Source: Verrucomicrobiota bacterium
GTDB lineage: Bacteria; Verrucomicrobiota; Verrucomicrobiia; Chthoniobacterales; UBA10450
Assembly: GCA_003219265.1 (NCBI GenBank)
Contig: QHQE01000001.1
Span: 1-42,397 of the forward strand
Length of the DNA stretch: 42,397 nt
Reading direction: 5' to 3'
The translations under genes and the position numbers were made by a program. This document shows, one piece after another, positions 25,312-34,222 of the stretch (within the stretch, counting starts at the first letter, position 1; each line of letters starts with the position of its first letter). The notes below the pieces were generated by a model. That model did no database searches. It was given only the letters and a program-made list of their open reading frames with translations, and was not told the DNA's origin.

Positions 25312-27204
25312 TTGACTGTCAGCGTCTGCGTTTTTCTCGCGGCAATCACGTGGATGGTCTTTGGTCAGACCCTCGGTGACGACTTCATTAACTACGATGA
25401 TCAGAACTACGTCTATGAAAATACTAAAATAACAGGCGGGCTTAACCTGGCCGGCATTGCTTGGGCGTTTAGCCACGTTCATGCCCAGAACTGGCATCCG
25501 CTGACGACAATCTCCCACATGCTGGATTGCCAGCTATACGGATTGAAGGCGGGAGGTCACCACTTTACCAATGTTTTACTGCATACCGTGGCGGTGCTCC
25601 TGCTATTTGCAGTGCTACGGGAAATGACAGACGCACTTTGGCGAAGCGCTTTCGTTGCGGCAGTGTTCGCGATTCATCCCTTGCATGTGGAATCGGTGGC
25701 ATGGGTGGCCGAACGAAAAGACGTCCTCAGCGCAGTATTTTTCATGCTCACTCTGGGCGCCTATATGCGCTATGCGCGCGCGCCATCAATTGCGCGCTAT
25801 CTGACGATGGCAGCGCTTCTCGCTCTTGGCTTAATGTCCAAGCCGATGCTGGTGACGCTCCCTTTTGTCCTTCTGCTTCTGGATTATTGGCCACTTAAGC
25901 GATTTGCTCCGGCGACCCCGGTCGAATCGAAAGCCAAGTGGCTCGATTGGTGGGAACGACAATCCCGAAAGCTTTCGGGACTGATCCTGGAAAAAATCCC
26001 GCTGATCGCACTCTCGGCGATCTCGGGCACCGTTACATTTCTTGCCCAGCGACAGGCCCTCGGCTGGACCGAAGATTTGCCAGTGTCATTACGATTCAAC
26101 AATGCCGTGGTGACCTACATCGCCTATATCTGGCAAATGCTTTGGCCGGTGAAGCTGGCGGTTTTCTATCCGCATCCTGAAAATCGCTTGCCGATTTGGG
26201 AAATCGTCTTGGCACTCGCAGTTCTGATCGCCATCACCGTGGCCGGGATCGTTCTCCGGAGAAAACGGCCTTACTTTATCACTGGATGGCTATGGTATCT
26301 GGGCATGCTGGTGCCGGTGATCGGCGTGATTCAAGTCGGATGGCAGGGCCGGGCCGATCGATACACTTATTTGCCGCAGATTGGCCTATATGTCTTGGCC
26401 GCCTGGGCTGTCGCGGATTTGTCAGCTTCATGGCATCGCCAACGGCAAATTGCAGCCGTCGGAGCCGCGATCCTGCTCGGCGCTTTGACCTGGCACGCGT
26501 GGAATCAAGCTTCCTTTTGGCGCAATAGCGAAACGCTCTGGACCCACACCCTTGCAGTGACCTCAGACAATGATGTCGCTGAGAACAATCTGGGTATTAT
26601 TTTCCTGGGACGCGGGCAGATGGACGAGGCCATCTCTCGATTTCAAACCGCTGTGGATCTGCGGCCCGAAAATGCGCCGGCCCATGATAATCTTGCCAAG
26701 GCTTTTCTTCAAAAGGGTCAAGTGGCCGATGCGATGTTGCATTATCGTAAATTGCTGGAAATCCAGCCGGACAACGTGGAGGCACGCAATATTCTTGGCA
26801 CTGTCCTTATCCAGCAGGGGCGCGTTAGGGAAGCAATTGAGCAATGGCAGGAAACCCTGGCGATGCAGCCGGAAAACGGGAACGCCAAGAGTAACCTTGC
26901 ATGGGTGTTTGCAACTTATCCGGAAGAATCGGTCCGAAACGGAACACAGGCAGTCCAACTGGCAGCGCAGGCGTTACAACTTTCTGGTGGTAAGAATGCA
27001 ATCATTCTTCGAACGTTGGCTGCTGCTTATGCCGAGAGTGGCCGCTTTGCCGAAGCAGTCCATACTGCGGAGCGCGGTTTGGAGCTAGCCATCGGCCAGG
27101 GCAACGCTCATTTGGCAGCCGAGCTTCAACAGAATATCGCGCTCTATCGAATGAACTCGCCGCTGCGCGATACGAGTCCCGTAGGTGTCCACCGCCCACC
27201 ATAG
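25312..27204 (+). CDS. TMTC/DUF1736-like GT-C membrane domain fused to C-terminal TPR repeats (paralog A1)
   Basis: Loop-1 reads NYDDQNYVYEN. HHFTNVLLH and HPLHVESVAWVAERKDVL (the DUF1736-like core) are present. There are about 10 TM segments, then TPR repeats (NNLGIIFLGRGQMDEAISRFQTAVDLRPENAPAH...). TTG is the only start candidate in the open frame, so the N-terminus is uncertain. Confidence 0.8.
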   Translation: MTVSVCVFLAAITWMVFGQTLGDDFINYDDQNYVYENTKITGGLNLAGIAWAFSHVHAQNWHPLTTISHMLDCQLYGLKAGGHHFTNVLLHTVAVLLLFAVLREMTDALWRSAFVAAVFAIHPLHVESVAWVAERKDVLSAVFFMLTLGAYMRYARAPSIARYLTMAALLALGLMSKPMLVTLPFVLLLLDYWPLKRFAPATPVESKAKWLDWWERQSRKLSGLILEKIPLIALSAISGTVTFLAQRQALGWTEDLPVSLRFNNAVVTYIAYIWQMLWPVKLAVFYPHPENRLPIWEIVLALAVLIAITVAGIVLRRKRPYFITGWLWYLGMLVPVIGVIQVGWQGRADRYTYLPQIGLYVLAAWAVADLSASWHRQRQIAAVGAAILLGALTWHAWNQASFWRNSETLWTHTLAVTSDNDVAENNLGIIFLGRGQMDEAISRFQTAVDLRPENAPAHDNLAKAFLQKGQVADAMLHYRKLLEIQPDNVEARNILGTVLIQQGRVREAIEQWQETLAMQPENGNAKSNLAWVFATYPEESVRNGTQAVQLAAQALQLSGGKNAIILRTLAAAYAESGRFAEAVHTAERGLELAIGQGNAHLAAELQQNIALYRMNSPLRDTSPVGVHRPP

Positions 27205-27261
27205 CTACTAGCTCTTCTTTGCCGCACACGTGCAGTATCCATGAACGAAAGCAAGAGACCC

Positions 27262-29370
27262 CTAGTTCGGTGCTTCGCGGTAAGGCGATCCCGCCTGATA
27301 AATCGCGATTTCTTTTTGGAGCTGCGCGGCCAGTGCGCTGTCGCCTTGCGCCTCCGCCAGCCGCAAGGCGTCTCGCGCAATCTCAATCGCCTTCGCGAAT
27401 TGCCCGGTCTCTGCATAAGCCGCGGCCAGTGTGCGGCGAACGATCAGATTCGCGCCGCTTGAAAACTGATCGGCCTGCCGAGCCAATTCGAGCGCTTTGT
27501 TGCCATTTCGCGATGACGCGTTAGAACAGGTGGCCAATATCCAAGCGAGATTGTTTAATGCAGGAACGGATCGCGGAGAGATCGTTAAAGCCTTTTCGTA
27601 GTTCATGATTGCGTCCGAAACTTGGCCCTTTTGATCAAGAGCAATGGCAAGATTAATGCGCGCTTCTGCATGCTCAGGCTGGATCGACAAGGCAGCTCGG
27701 CAATGGGAGATTGCTGCGTCTAGTTCGCCTTTCTGGAGCAAGGCAGTACTGAGACTATAGAGAGCAATGACATAATAAGGCCGCAGCGCCAGCGCTGTTT
27801 CATAACGAACGATCGCGTCATCCACTAGTCTCTTTTGGAAAAGAACATTGCCGAGAGCAACCTGGGCGTCAGGATCAAACGGCTGAAGCATTACTGCCTT
27901 CTGGCAATAGAGAAGGGCCTCGTCGGTTTCACCTTTTTGGAGAAGCGCGTTGCCAAGATTATAATCCGCGTCCGAGAAATCTGGCTGCATTTGCAAAGTT
28001 TTCCGGTAATGAGCGATTGCCTCGTCAATTTCGCCTTTCTGAAAAAGTACGATGCCCAAATTATTGTGAGCCATCCAGCAGGTGGGGTTTCTTGCCAGCG
28101 TCGTCCGCCAGAGCGCTTCGATGTCAGCATACATCGTGCTTTGCCGCCAAGTCAGCACCGCCAAGGTCGCAACCATGGCGACCGCCGTGCCAAAGATCAA
28201 AGGACGGCTCCTTTCGAAAGTGCCAGCTAGACTTGCCACACCTGCCGAAACCAGCGCAATTGGTCCGATGCAGGCCAAATACTGGTAATGATCCGCCACA
28301 AACGCGTAGCGAAATGTGTAGAGCATGATCAAACCCGATACGGGACTGAGTGTTGCCACAAAGAACACCGCCGCGACCTCCACACCCCGCCCGACGTAGC
28401 GTCTCGCGAAGTAAATCGCCGCGCATAATCCAACTGCCGTCAACAACCATACATAGTCCAGAAGGTGGGTCGGCGAGATTGTCCATCGCGGATAAATAAA
28501 AGTCAGAGTCGATGGCCAAATCAGTTTGCCCAAATAGAACCAAACGGCGCGGCTGGCGATGAGGATGCGCTCGATGGGACCCAGCGCAAAGAGTGCCCCG
28601 CGCGTGCCTTGATGGTAGCGTTCCCACCAGACCGCGACCAAGCCCATCCCCAAACCAAGAAGGAAAAATGGGACGATCTGAAGAATACTTTCCCAATTGA
28701 TCCGCTTTCTTTGCAGCCACAAAATCAAGAGCAACGCCGCCGGTAGCGTGCATGCGGTGGTTTTGGCCGAAAGCGCCAGCCCATAAAGGACCAGTGCCAG
28801 TCCGTAGAAGCGCCATGGCCGCTTGGTTCGCTCGTCGACAAAGACCGCCCAGGCAAGCAGCGTGAGCAAGAAGAAACATCCCATGAGCACATTTTTTCGT
28901 TCCGTGATCCAGGCGACCGATTCCACCTGCACCGGGTGCAGCGCGAAAATCGCTCCAGCCAGCCACGCGCCGGGCACGTTCAAACGCGCCAGGAGCCGCC
29001 AGACCAGCAGAGCGTTCGCGACATGAAGAAGAATGTTGACCCAATGATAACCCAACGGGTTCAGCCCCCAAAGCGCGTGCTCGATCCGAAAAGTGGTATA
29101 AACCAGCGGGAAATATTGTGACGGGGAGTCGAACGAAAACCAAATCCGGCGCAAACCGTCGCGCGCGGTCAGCAACTCGTTATTCGTCACATAAGCATCA
29201 TCATCCCAGAGGAAGCCGCCATGCCATGCGGGGCGGTAGGCGAAAACCGTAGCTGCGGCCAAGATTAGAACGAAGAGCCAGACGCGCGATCGAGAACCAA
29301 GCGGCCAGCTAGTGACTCTATATGACATTTCCCGCGAGTGGATCATCCTTAGGCGTTGCCACTGCGTCAA
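27262..29370 (-). CDS. TMTC/DUF1736-like GT-C membrane domain fused to C-terminal TPR repeats (paralog B1)
   Basis: Loop-1 reads FLWDDDAYVTNN. YHWVNILLH and HPVQVESVAWITERKNVL are present, followed by a C-terminal array of about 8 TPR repeats. In-frame ATG alternatives exist at codons 9 and 15. Confidence 0.8.
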   Translation of the reverse strand: MTQWQRLRMIHSREMSYRVTSWPLGSRSRVWLFVLILAAATVFAYRPAWHGGFLWDDDAYVTNNELLTARDGLRRIWFSFDSPSQYFPLVYTTFRIEHALWGLNPLGYHWVNILLHVANALLVWRLLARLNVPGAWLAGAIFALHPVQVESVAWITERKNVLMGCFFLLTLLAWAVFVDERTKRPWRFYGLALVLYGLALSAKTTACTLPAALLLILWLQRKRINWESILQIVPFFLLGLGMGLVAVWWERYHQGTRGALFALGPIERILIASRAVWFYLGKLIWPSTLTFIYPRWTISPTHLLDYVWLLTAVGLCAAIYFARRYVGRGVEVAAVFFVATLSPVSGLIMLYTFRYAFVADHYQYLACIGPIALVSAGVASLAGTFERSRPLIFGTAVAMVATLAVLTWRQSTMYADIEALWRTTLARNPTCWMAHNNLGIVLFQKGEIDEAIAHYRKTLQMQPDFSDADYNLGNALLQKGETDEALLYCQKAVMLQPFDPDAQVALGNVLFQKRLVDDAIVRYETALALRPYYVIALYSLSTALLQKGELDAAISHCRAALSIQPEHAEARINLAIALDQKGQVSDAIMNYEKALTISPRSVPALNNLAWILATCSNASSRNGNKALELARQADQFSSGANLIVRRTLAAAYAETGQFAKAIEIARDALRLAEAQGDSALAAQLQKEIAIYQAGSPYREAPN

Positions 29371-29408
29371 ACGTCTCCGCCTAATTAGCGGTCTCCGGGA
29401 GCCGGCAG

Positions 29409-31601
29409 CTATCCCCGTTCCTTGTGATAAGGAAGACCAGACTGGTAGAGAGCGATTTCCTTGCGAAGCGCATTGATTAAAATGCTATCGTCTTTGGCAT
29501 CAGCTAGCTGCAACGCGTGTTCAGCGATTCGTATTGCGTCGGTAAAACGGCCGGTCTCGGCGTAAGCCGCAGCAAGGACCCGTAGAATAACTGGCCGATT
29601 TCCACCAGACAGACGGCTAGCCTTTTCAGCCCACAAAACCGCTTCCGATCCGTTTCTAAGTGATGGATCTGAACAAGTCGCCAGCAGCCAGGCAAGATTG
29701 CTTTGCGCGGCCACATTTTCCGGAGCACTCCTGAGAGCCTCTCTGTAGTGAGCGATCGCATCTTGCGGACGGCCTTTCTTAAGAAATGCGCTTCCCAGGT
29801 TTGCATGGGCATCTGCGTTGCCAGGCTGCAATTCGAGTGTTTTCTGGTAATGAGTAATGGCCTCGTCTGTTCGGCCTTTTCGAAGTAGAGCACTTGCAAG
29901 GTTGTACTGGGCCTCGGCGTGATTCGGCGATAAGGCCAGCCCAGCTAAGTAATAGACGATCGCGCCGTCCATATCGCCCTTGGAAAGAAGGGCGTTCGCC
30001 AGATTGCAGGAGGCATCGGCGTAATCAGGCTGAATCGCCAAGGCCTTTTGGTAGTGAACGATCGCCTCGTCCACTCGGCCGATTTGAAAAAACGTACTGC
30101 CGAGGTTGTTGTGCGCTTCCGGGTCGGCAGGATTTACAGCGAGCGCTTTTTCGTAATGGACGATCGCCTCCTCAAATTCGCCCTTCTCCACGAGAATGCG
30201 TGCGAGATTATAATGTGCTTCCGCGTAACCCGGCCGCAGGGCCACAGCCTGACGATAATGGGCAACTGCCTGGTCAGTTTCGCCTTTAGCGCGAAGAGCG
30301 ATACCCAAATTGTAATGAGCCATCCAACAACCAGGATTTTTTGCCAACGTTCCTGTGTACAACGCTACGATATCGTGATAAATGGCGTTTTGGCGCCACG
30401 TTAAAACGCCGAGTACGAGCAAGAGTAGCCCGCATACCGCCGGCCGGAAAGACGATTTCCATCCAGTGGCAGCGATCCCCTCTGTGATGCCAGCTCCGGC
30501 TAAGGCAAGCGGTCCCATGCTCGCGAGATACTGGAAATGGTCGCTTACAAACGAATAGCGGAAGAAATAAACGCTGAAAAAGCCCAGGACGGGAAATAGC
30601 GAAATCACAAAGTATGCGGCCGCAAACGATACGGAGCGCTTCCATTTTCCACGGGTGAGCCACAAAATAACCAGGCCGACCAACCCTGCCAGAAGCGGCA
30701 GATAGGCGGTCAGTCGTGACAGACTAATCTCCCACCGCGGGTAAACGAAAATGAGGGGATGGGGCCAGATCAGTTTGCCGAGATAAAACCATATCGTGCG
30801 TCCAGCTATGATGAGTCGTTCCGGCCAAGTTTGCGCCCACTCCGGACCGCTGGCGCCCGCGTGGAATTTCTGTTCCCAAATCGTCCAAACACTCGCGAGC
30901 GCAGAAATCAGAACGAACGGAATTAGGGCCATGAGGTTACGCGATTGGATTTGACCTCTGCGCCACCAGATACAAAGGGCGAGCACGGCCGGCAACATCA
31001 CCGTGGAAGGTTTGCTCGCGATCGCCATGACAAAAAACAGAAGTGCCCAACCAAGTCGCCGCCAGCGCAGGCGATTGCCCGTTCCTTCCGAGTCCACCTT
31101 CAAAAAGCAGAGGATCGACAAAAGGTAAAACAGGCACGACTGAGTGTTTTTCAACTCGGTTACCCACGCAACCGATTGCACCATCACCGGGTGCAGCCCC
31201 CAAAGTGCTGCCCCGAGCCACGCCCCGCGAACACCAAGTTCTCGCAACACGCGCCACAGCAACACCGCCGAGCCTGCGTGCATGAGCACGTTGAGAATGT
31301 GGTACGGCGACGGACTCAGGCCGACGAACTTGTGCAAAGTCCAAAAGGTAGTGAGCACCAGCGGGTAATAGACCGCTCGCGTAGTCGTCCAGATATCCTT
31401 CAATCCCAACGGTCCGACGACGCACGGGTTCTGCGTCAGATGCGATTCGTCGTCCCAAATGAATCCGGCATTAAGGACTCGGGCGTAGGACACAAAAACG
31501 AGGGCGATTAAGAGGAACGCCGAAAGCCAGTCTCGTTGCCACACCGGTCTTTGTACGTCGGGCCGTTCGCTAACAACGGCCGGGGTAGCGGACTTGGTCA
31601 T
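29409..31601 (-). CDS. TMTC/DUF1736-like GT-C membrane domain fused to C-terminal TPR repeats (paralog B2)
   Basis: Loop-1 reads FIWDDESHLTQN. YHILNVLMH and HPVMVQSVAWVTELKNT are present, followed by a C-terminal TPR array. It lies 38 nt upstream of B1 on the same strand, so co-transcription is likely. Confidence 0.8.
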   Translation of the reverse strand: MTKSATPAVVSERPDVQRPVWQRDWLSAFLLIALVFVSYARVLNAGFIWDDESHLTQNPCVVGPLGLKDIWTTTRAVYYPLVLTTFWTLHKFVGLSPSPYHILNVLMHAGSAVLLWRVLRELGVRGAWLGAALWGLHPVMVQSVAWVTELKNTQSCLFYLLSILCFLKVDSEGTGNRLRWRRLGWALLFFVMAIASKPSTVMLPAVLALCIWWRRGQIQSRNLMALIPFVLISALASVWTIWEQKFHAGASGPEWAQTWPERLIIAGRTIWFYLGKLIWPHPLIFVYPRWEISLSRLTAYLPLLAGLVGLVILWLTRGKWKRSVSFAAAYFVISLFPVLGFFSVYFFRYSFVSDHFQYLASMGPLALAGAGITEGIAATGWKSSFRPAVCGLLLLVLGVLTWRQNAIYHDIVALYTGTLAKNPGCWMAHYNLGIALRAKGETDQAVAHYRQAVALRPGYAEAHYNLARILVEKGEFEEAIVHYEKALAVNPADPEAHNNLGSTFFQIGRVDEAIVHYQKALAIQPDYADASCNLANALLSKGDMDGAIVYYLAGLALSPNHAEAQYNLASALLRKGRTDEAITHYQKTLELQPGNADAHANLGSAFLKKGRPQDAIAHYREALRSAPENVAAQSNLAWLLATCSDPSLRNGSEAVLWAEKASRLSGGNRPVILRVLAAAYAETGRFTDAIRIAEHALQLADAKDDSILINALRKEIALYQSGLPYHKERG

Positions 31602-31822
31602 TAACTAATGCTCCATGTCATTTCGAGCGGAGCAAGGCGCAATCGATAAATCTGTCCCACTTATCACTCAAATGAGATATTAGCACCAAGATCTCCCAAT
31701 GTGAGTTCAGTCGATTAAATTAGCCGAATCTTGTTAACTCCGGGGCATTTCTTCAACTGGAATTCCCTAGCGATCGCATGACGAGCAACAAGATCTTGGA
31801 GTGATTTGATACACATAGCGGA

Positions 31823-34012
31823 GTGAGCTACACATGGTCGATCCAGTCTTCAGGAATGGCAAAACACGTTTCCATCCGCTCAATGACTCCCAAATGCGGA
31901 GTAGTTCTCGCGATATGTGCTGTCCTTGCGGCGATCACGTGGTTGATTTTCGGTCAGACCCTGGGAGATCAATTCGTCACCTACGATGATCCACAGTACG
32001 TTTATGAGAATGCAAAGGTCGCCGCAGGCCTATCGCTAGAAGGGGTCTCCTGGGCTTTTACGCACACATTGGGCGGTAACTGGCACCCGCTCACGACCAT
32101 TTCTCACATGGTCGATTGCCAGCTCTATGGACTGAAGCCGGCCGGGCATCATTTCACCAATATTCTCTTGCACGCCGTCGATGTCATCCTCCTGTTTCTC
32201 GTGCTGCGACAAATGACAGGGACTTTATGGCGAAGCGCTTTTGTCGCGGCGCTGTTCGCAATTCATCCGTTGCACGTGGAATCGGTAGCTTGGATCTCTG
32301 AGCGGAAGGACGTGTTGAGCGCCGTATTTTTCATGCTGACTCTCGGCGCCTATATACGCTATGTCCACGCGCCCTCGCTCACATCCTACCTGCTCGTGCT
32401 GCTCTTGTTCGCTCTCGGTCTGATGTCGAAACCAATGCTGGTGACTGTTCCATTCCTTCTTCTGCTTTTGGATTACTGGCCGCTCGGTAGAATCAACGAT
32501 CCCGCCTTCGCAAAGGGTACGAAGCGGAAAGCAGCAACCAGTAGTCAGTGGTCAAAGGTCAGTGGCCTGATAACGGAAAAGATTCCTTTGTTTGCATTGT
32601 CTGCTCTTTCGTCCGTGGTGACATTGCTGGCACAGCTCTACAGTGCAGGAGCGATCGACCAGTTGCCATTCGCATGGCGACTGAACAACGCGGCTGTCAG
32701 TTGCGTTGCCTACATTTGGCAGATGTTCTGGCCCGCCCGGCTGGCGGCTTTCTATCCTCACCCTAATGACCAGCTGCCCCTCTGGCAGGTTCTTTTGGCA
32801 ACTGCATTTCTCATCGCAGTCAGCCTGCTGGCAATCCATTGGCGGAAGGAAAGACCGTACGTTTTCACCGGCTGGTTTTGGTATTTCGGGATGCTCGTGC
32901 CGGTGATCGGCCTGGTACAAGCCGGCGAGCAAGCACGCGCGGATCGATACACCTACCTGACACAGATCGGTTTATATCTGGTGATTGTTTGGGGCATCAC
33001 GGACCTGATGACGCTCATAATGACGCGCAGCTTTGGCTCGCGATCTGATACCGCCGGCGAGCGGGCTGCCACTAGTGGATCACGCGGAGTCCGAGCACAC
33101 GGCCCACACGCCTTCGCAGAGGTTCGGCAGGGCTACCAAGGCCATAGCTACAAGCCATTCCGCACCGCCATTGCGGCAGTAATCGTCATCGCGTTGAGCT
33201 GGCGCGCGTTTGTGCAGACGTCGTATTGGAAAAACAGCGAGACACTCTGGAACCACGCTCTTTCTGTTACCACTGACAACGACACGGCGCATAACAATCT
33301 CGGCTACCTTTTTCTCCAACGCGGCGAATGGGACAGCGCGATTTCGCATTTCGAGACGGCATTGGAGATTCGCTCTCGCAACGCTTCGGCGCATTACAAC
33401 TTTGGCGGGGCGCTCATCGAGAATAGTCTCGCCAACGCCCTGGCCCGAAAAGGTCTGCTAAGTGAGGCGGTTGGCCATTATGAGAAAGCGGTGAAACTGC
33501 GACCTGATTACGGCGATTCTTATCTCAACCTTGGCACTGTTCTATTTGAGCAGGGCCGGATCGGCGACGCGATTGCCCAATGGCAAAAGGCGATTGCAAC
33601 CCAGCCCAACGACGCGGGCTTCCACACTGCTCTGGGCGACGCGTTTCTACGAGGAGAATTACAGAAGGATGCAATCGCCGAGTACGAGCGTGCGGTGCAG
33701 ATCTCTGGCCAAGACCCTTTGGCTCGCAACAATTTGGCTTGGCTCCTCGCGACCTCCCCGGATGCTTCAATTCGCGACGGGACTCGAGCAATCGAGCTCG
33801 CCAAACAGGCCGTGCGACTTTCTCGCGGCAAAGATCCTAATTATCTGCGCACCCTCGCGGTTGCTTGCGCAGGGAGTGGCCGTTTCGCCGAGGCGAGAGA
33901 AACTGCTCGGCGGGCATTGCAAGCAGCCGAGATCCGGGGCAACTCCACTTTGGCCAACGCACTTCGGGATGAAATCGCACTCTACGAACTAGGCCTGCCA
34001 TACCACAAGTAA
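31823..34012 (+). CDS. TMTC/DUF1736-like GT-C membrane domain fused to C-terminal TPR repeats (paralog A2)
   Basis: Loop-1 reads TYDDPQYVYEN. HHFTNILLH and HPLHVESVAWISERKDVL are present. It is closely similar to A1 at both the protein and DNA level. The start is uncertain: GTG at 31823, ATG at 31856 or ATG at 31883. Confidence 0.8.
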   Translation: MSYTWSIQSSGMAKHVSIRSMTPKCGVVLAICAVLAAITWLIFGQTLGDQFVTYDDPQYVYENAKVAAGLSLEGVSWAFTHTLGGNWHPLTTISHMVDCQLYGLKPAGHHFTNILLHAVDVILLFLVLRQMTGTLWRSAFVAALFAIHPLHVESVAWISERKDVLSAVFFMLTLGAYIRYVHAPSLTSYLLVLLLFALGLMSKPMLVTVPFLLLLLDYWPLGRINDPAFAKGTKRKAATSSQWSKVSGLITEKIPLFALSALSSVVTLLAQLYSAGAIDQLPFAWRLNNAAVSCVAYIWQMFWPARLAAFYPHPNDQLPLWQVLLATAFLIAVSLLAIHWRKERPYVFTGWFWYFGMLVPVIGLVQAGEQARADRYTYLTQIGLYLVIVWGITDLMTLIMTRSFGSRSDTAGERAATSGSRGVRAHGPHAFAEVRQGYQGHSYKPFRTAIAAVIVIALSWRAFVQTSYWKNSETLWNHALSVTTDNDTAHNNLGYLFLQRGEWDSAISHFETALEIRSRNASAHYNFGGALIENSLANALARKGLLSEAVGHYEKAVKLRPDYGDSYLNLGTVLFEQGRIGDAIAQWQKAIATQPNDAGFHTALGDAFLRGELQKDAIAEYERAVQISGQDPLARNNLAWLLATSPDASIRDGTRAIELAKQAVRLSRGKDPNYLRTLAVACAGSGRFAEARETARRALQAAEIRGNSTLANALRDEIALYELGLPYHK

Positions 34013-34159
34013 AGCCGGGTGAGCCTTCGACGACCGGCAGTTTTTTGAGCGCCGTCGCTACGAAAACCGACGAGCCCTTGTCTAGGGGATATATTTGCGC
34101 TGATCACGACAATCTATGCGATCGCTGGCAAACAACTGCGCGGACGGTGTCTGCGCACT

Positions 34160-34197
34160 CCAAAGCAAACGGCCGGGCCTCGCTAGAAGGCCCGGCC
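34160..34197 (-). terminator. probable intrinsic terminator after the TonB-dependent receptor gene
   Basis: A 9-bp GC stem GGCCGGGCC (34171-34179) / GGCCCGGCC (34189-34197) is followed on the minus strand by GTTTGCTTTGG. It lies about 25 nt after the stop at 34223. The U-tract is imperfect. Confidence 0.5.
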
Positions 34198-34222
34198 GCT
34201 GTGAATTATTCGAGTCTTAACT

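Noticed and set aside
31602-31822. The AT-rich 220-nt divergent region between paralogs B2 and A2, including the sequence tcatttcgagcggagcaaggcgcaatcg, as a possible REP-like or mobile-element remnant.
   Set aside because: It occurs once in the window, with no inverted or direct repeats flanking it and no transposase nearby. It is most simply a divergent promoter region.
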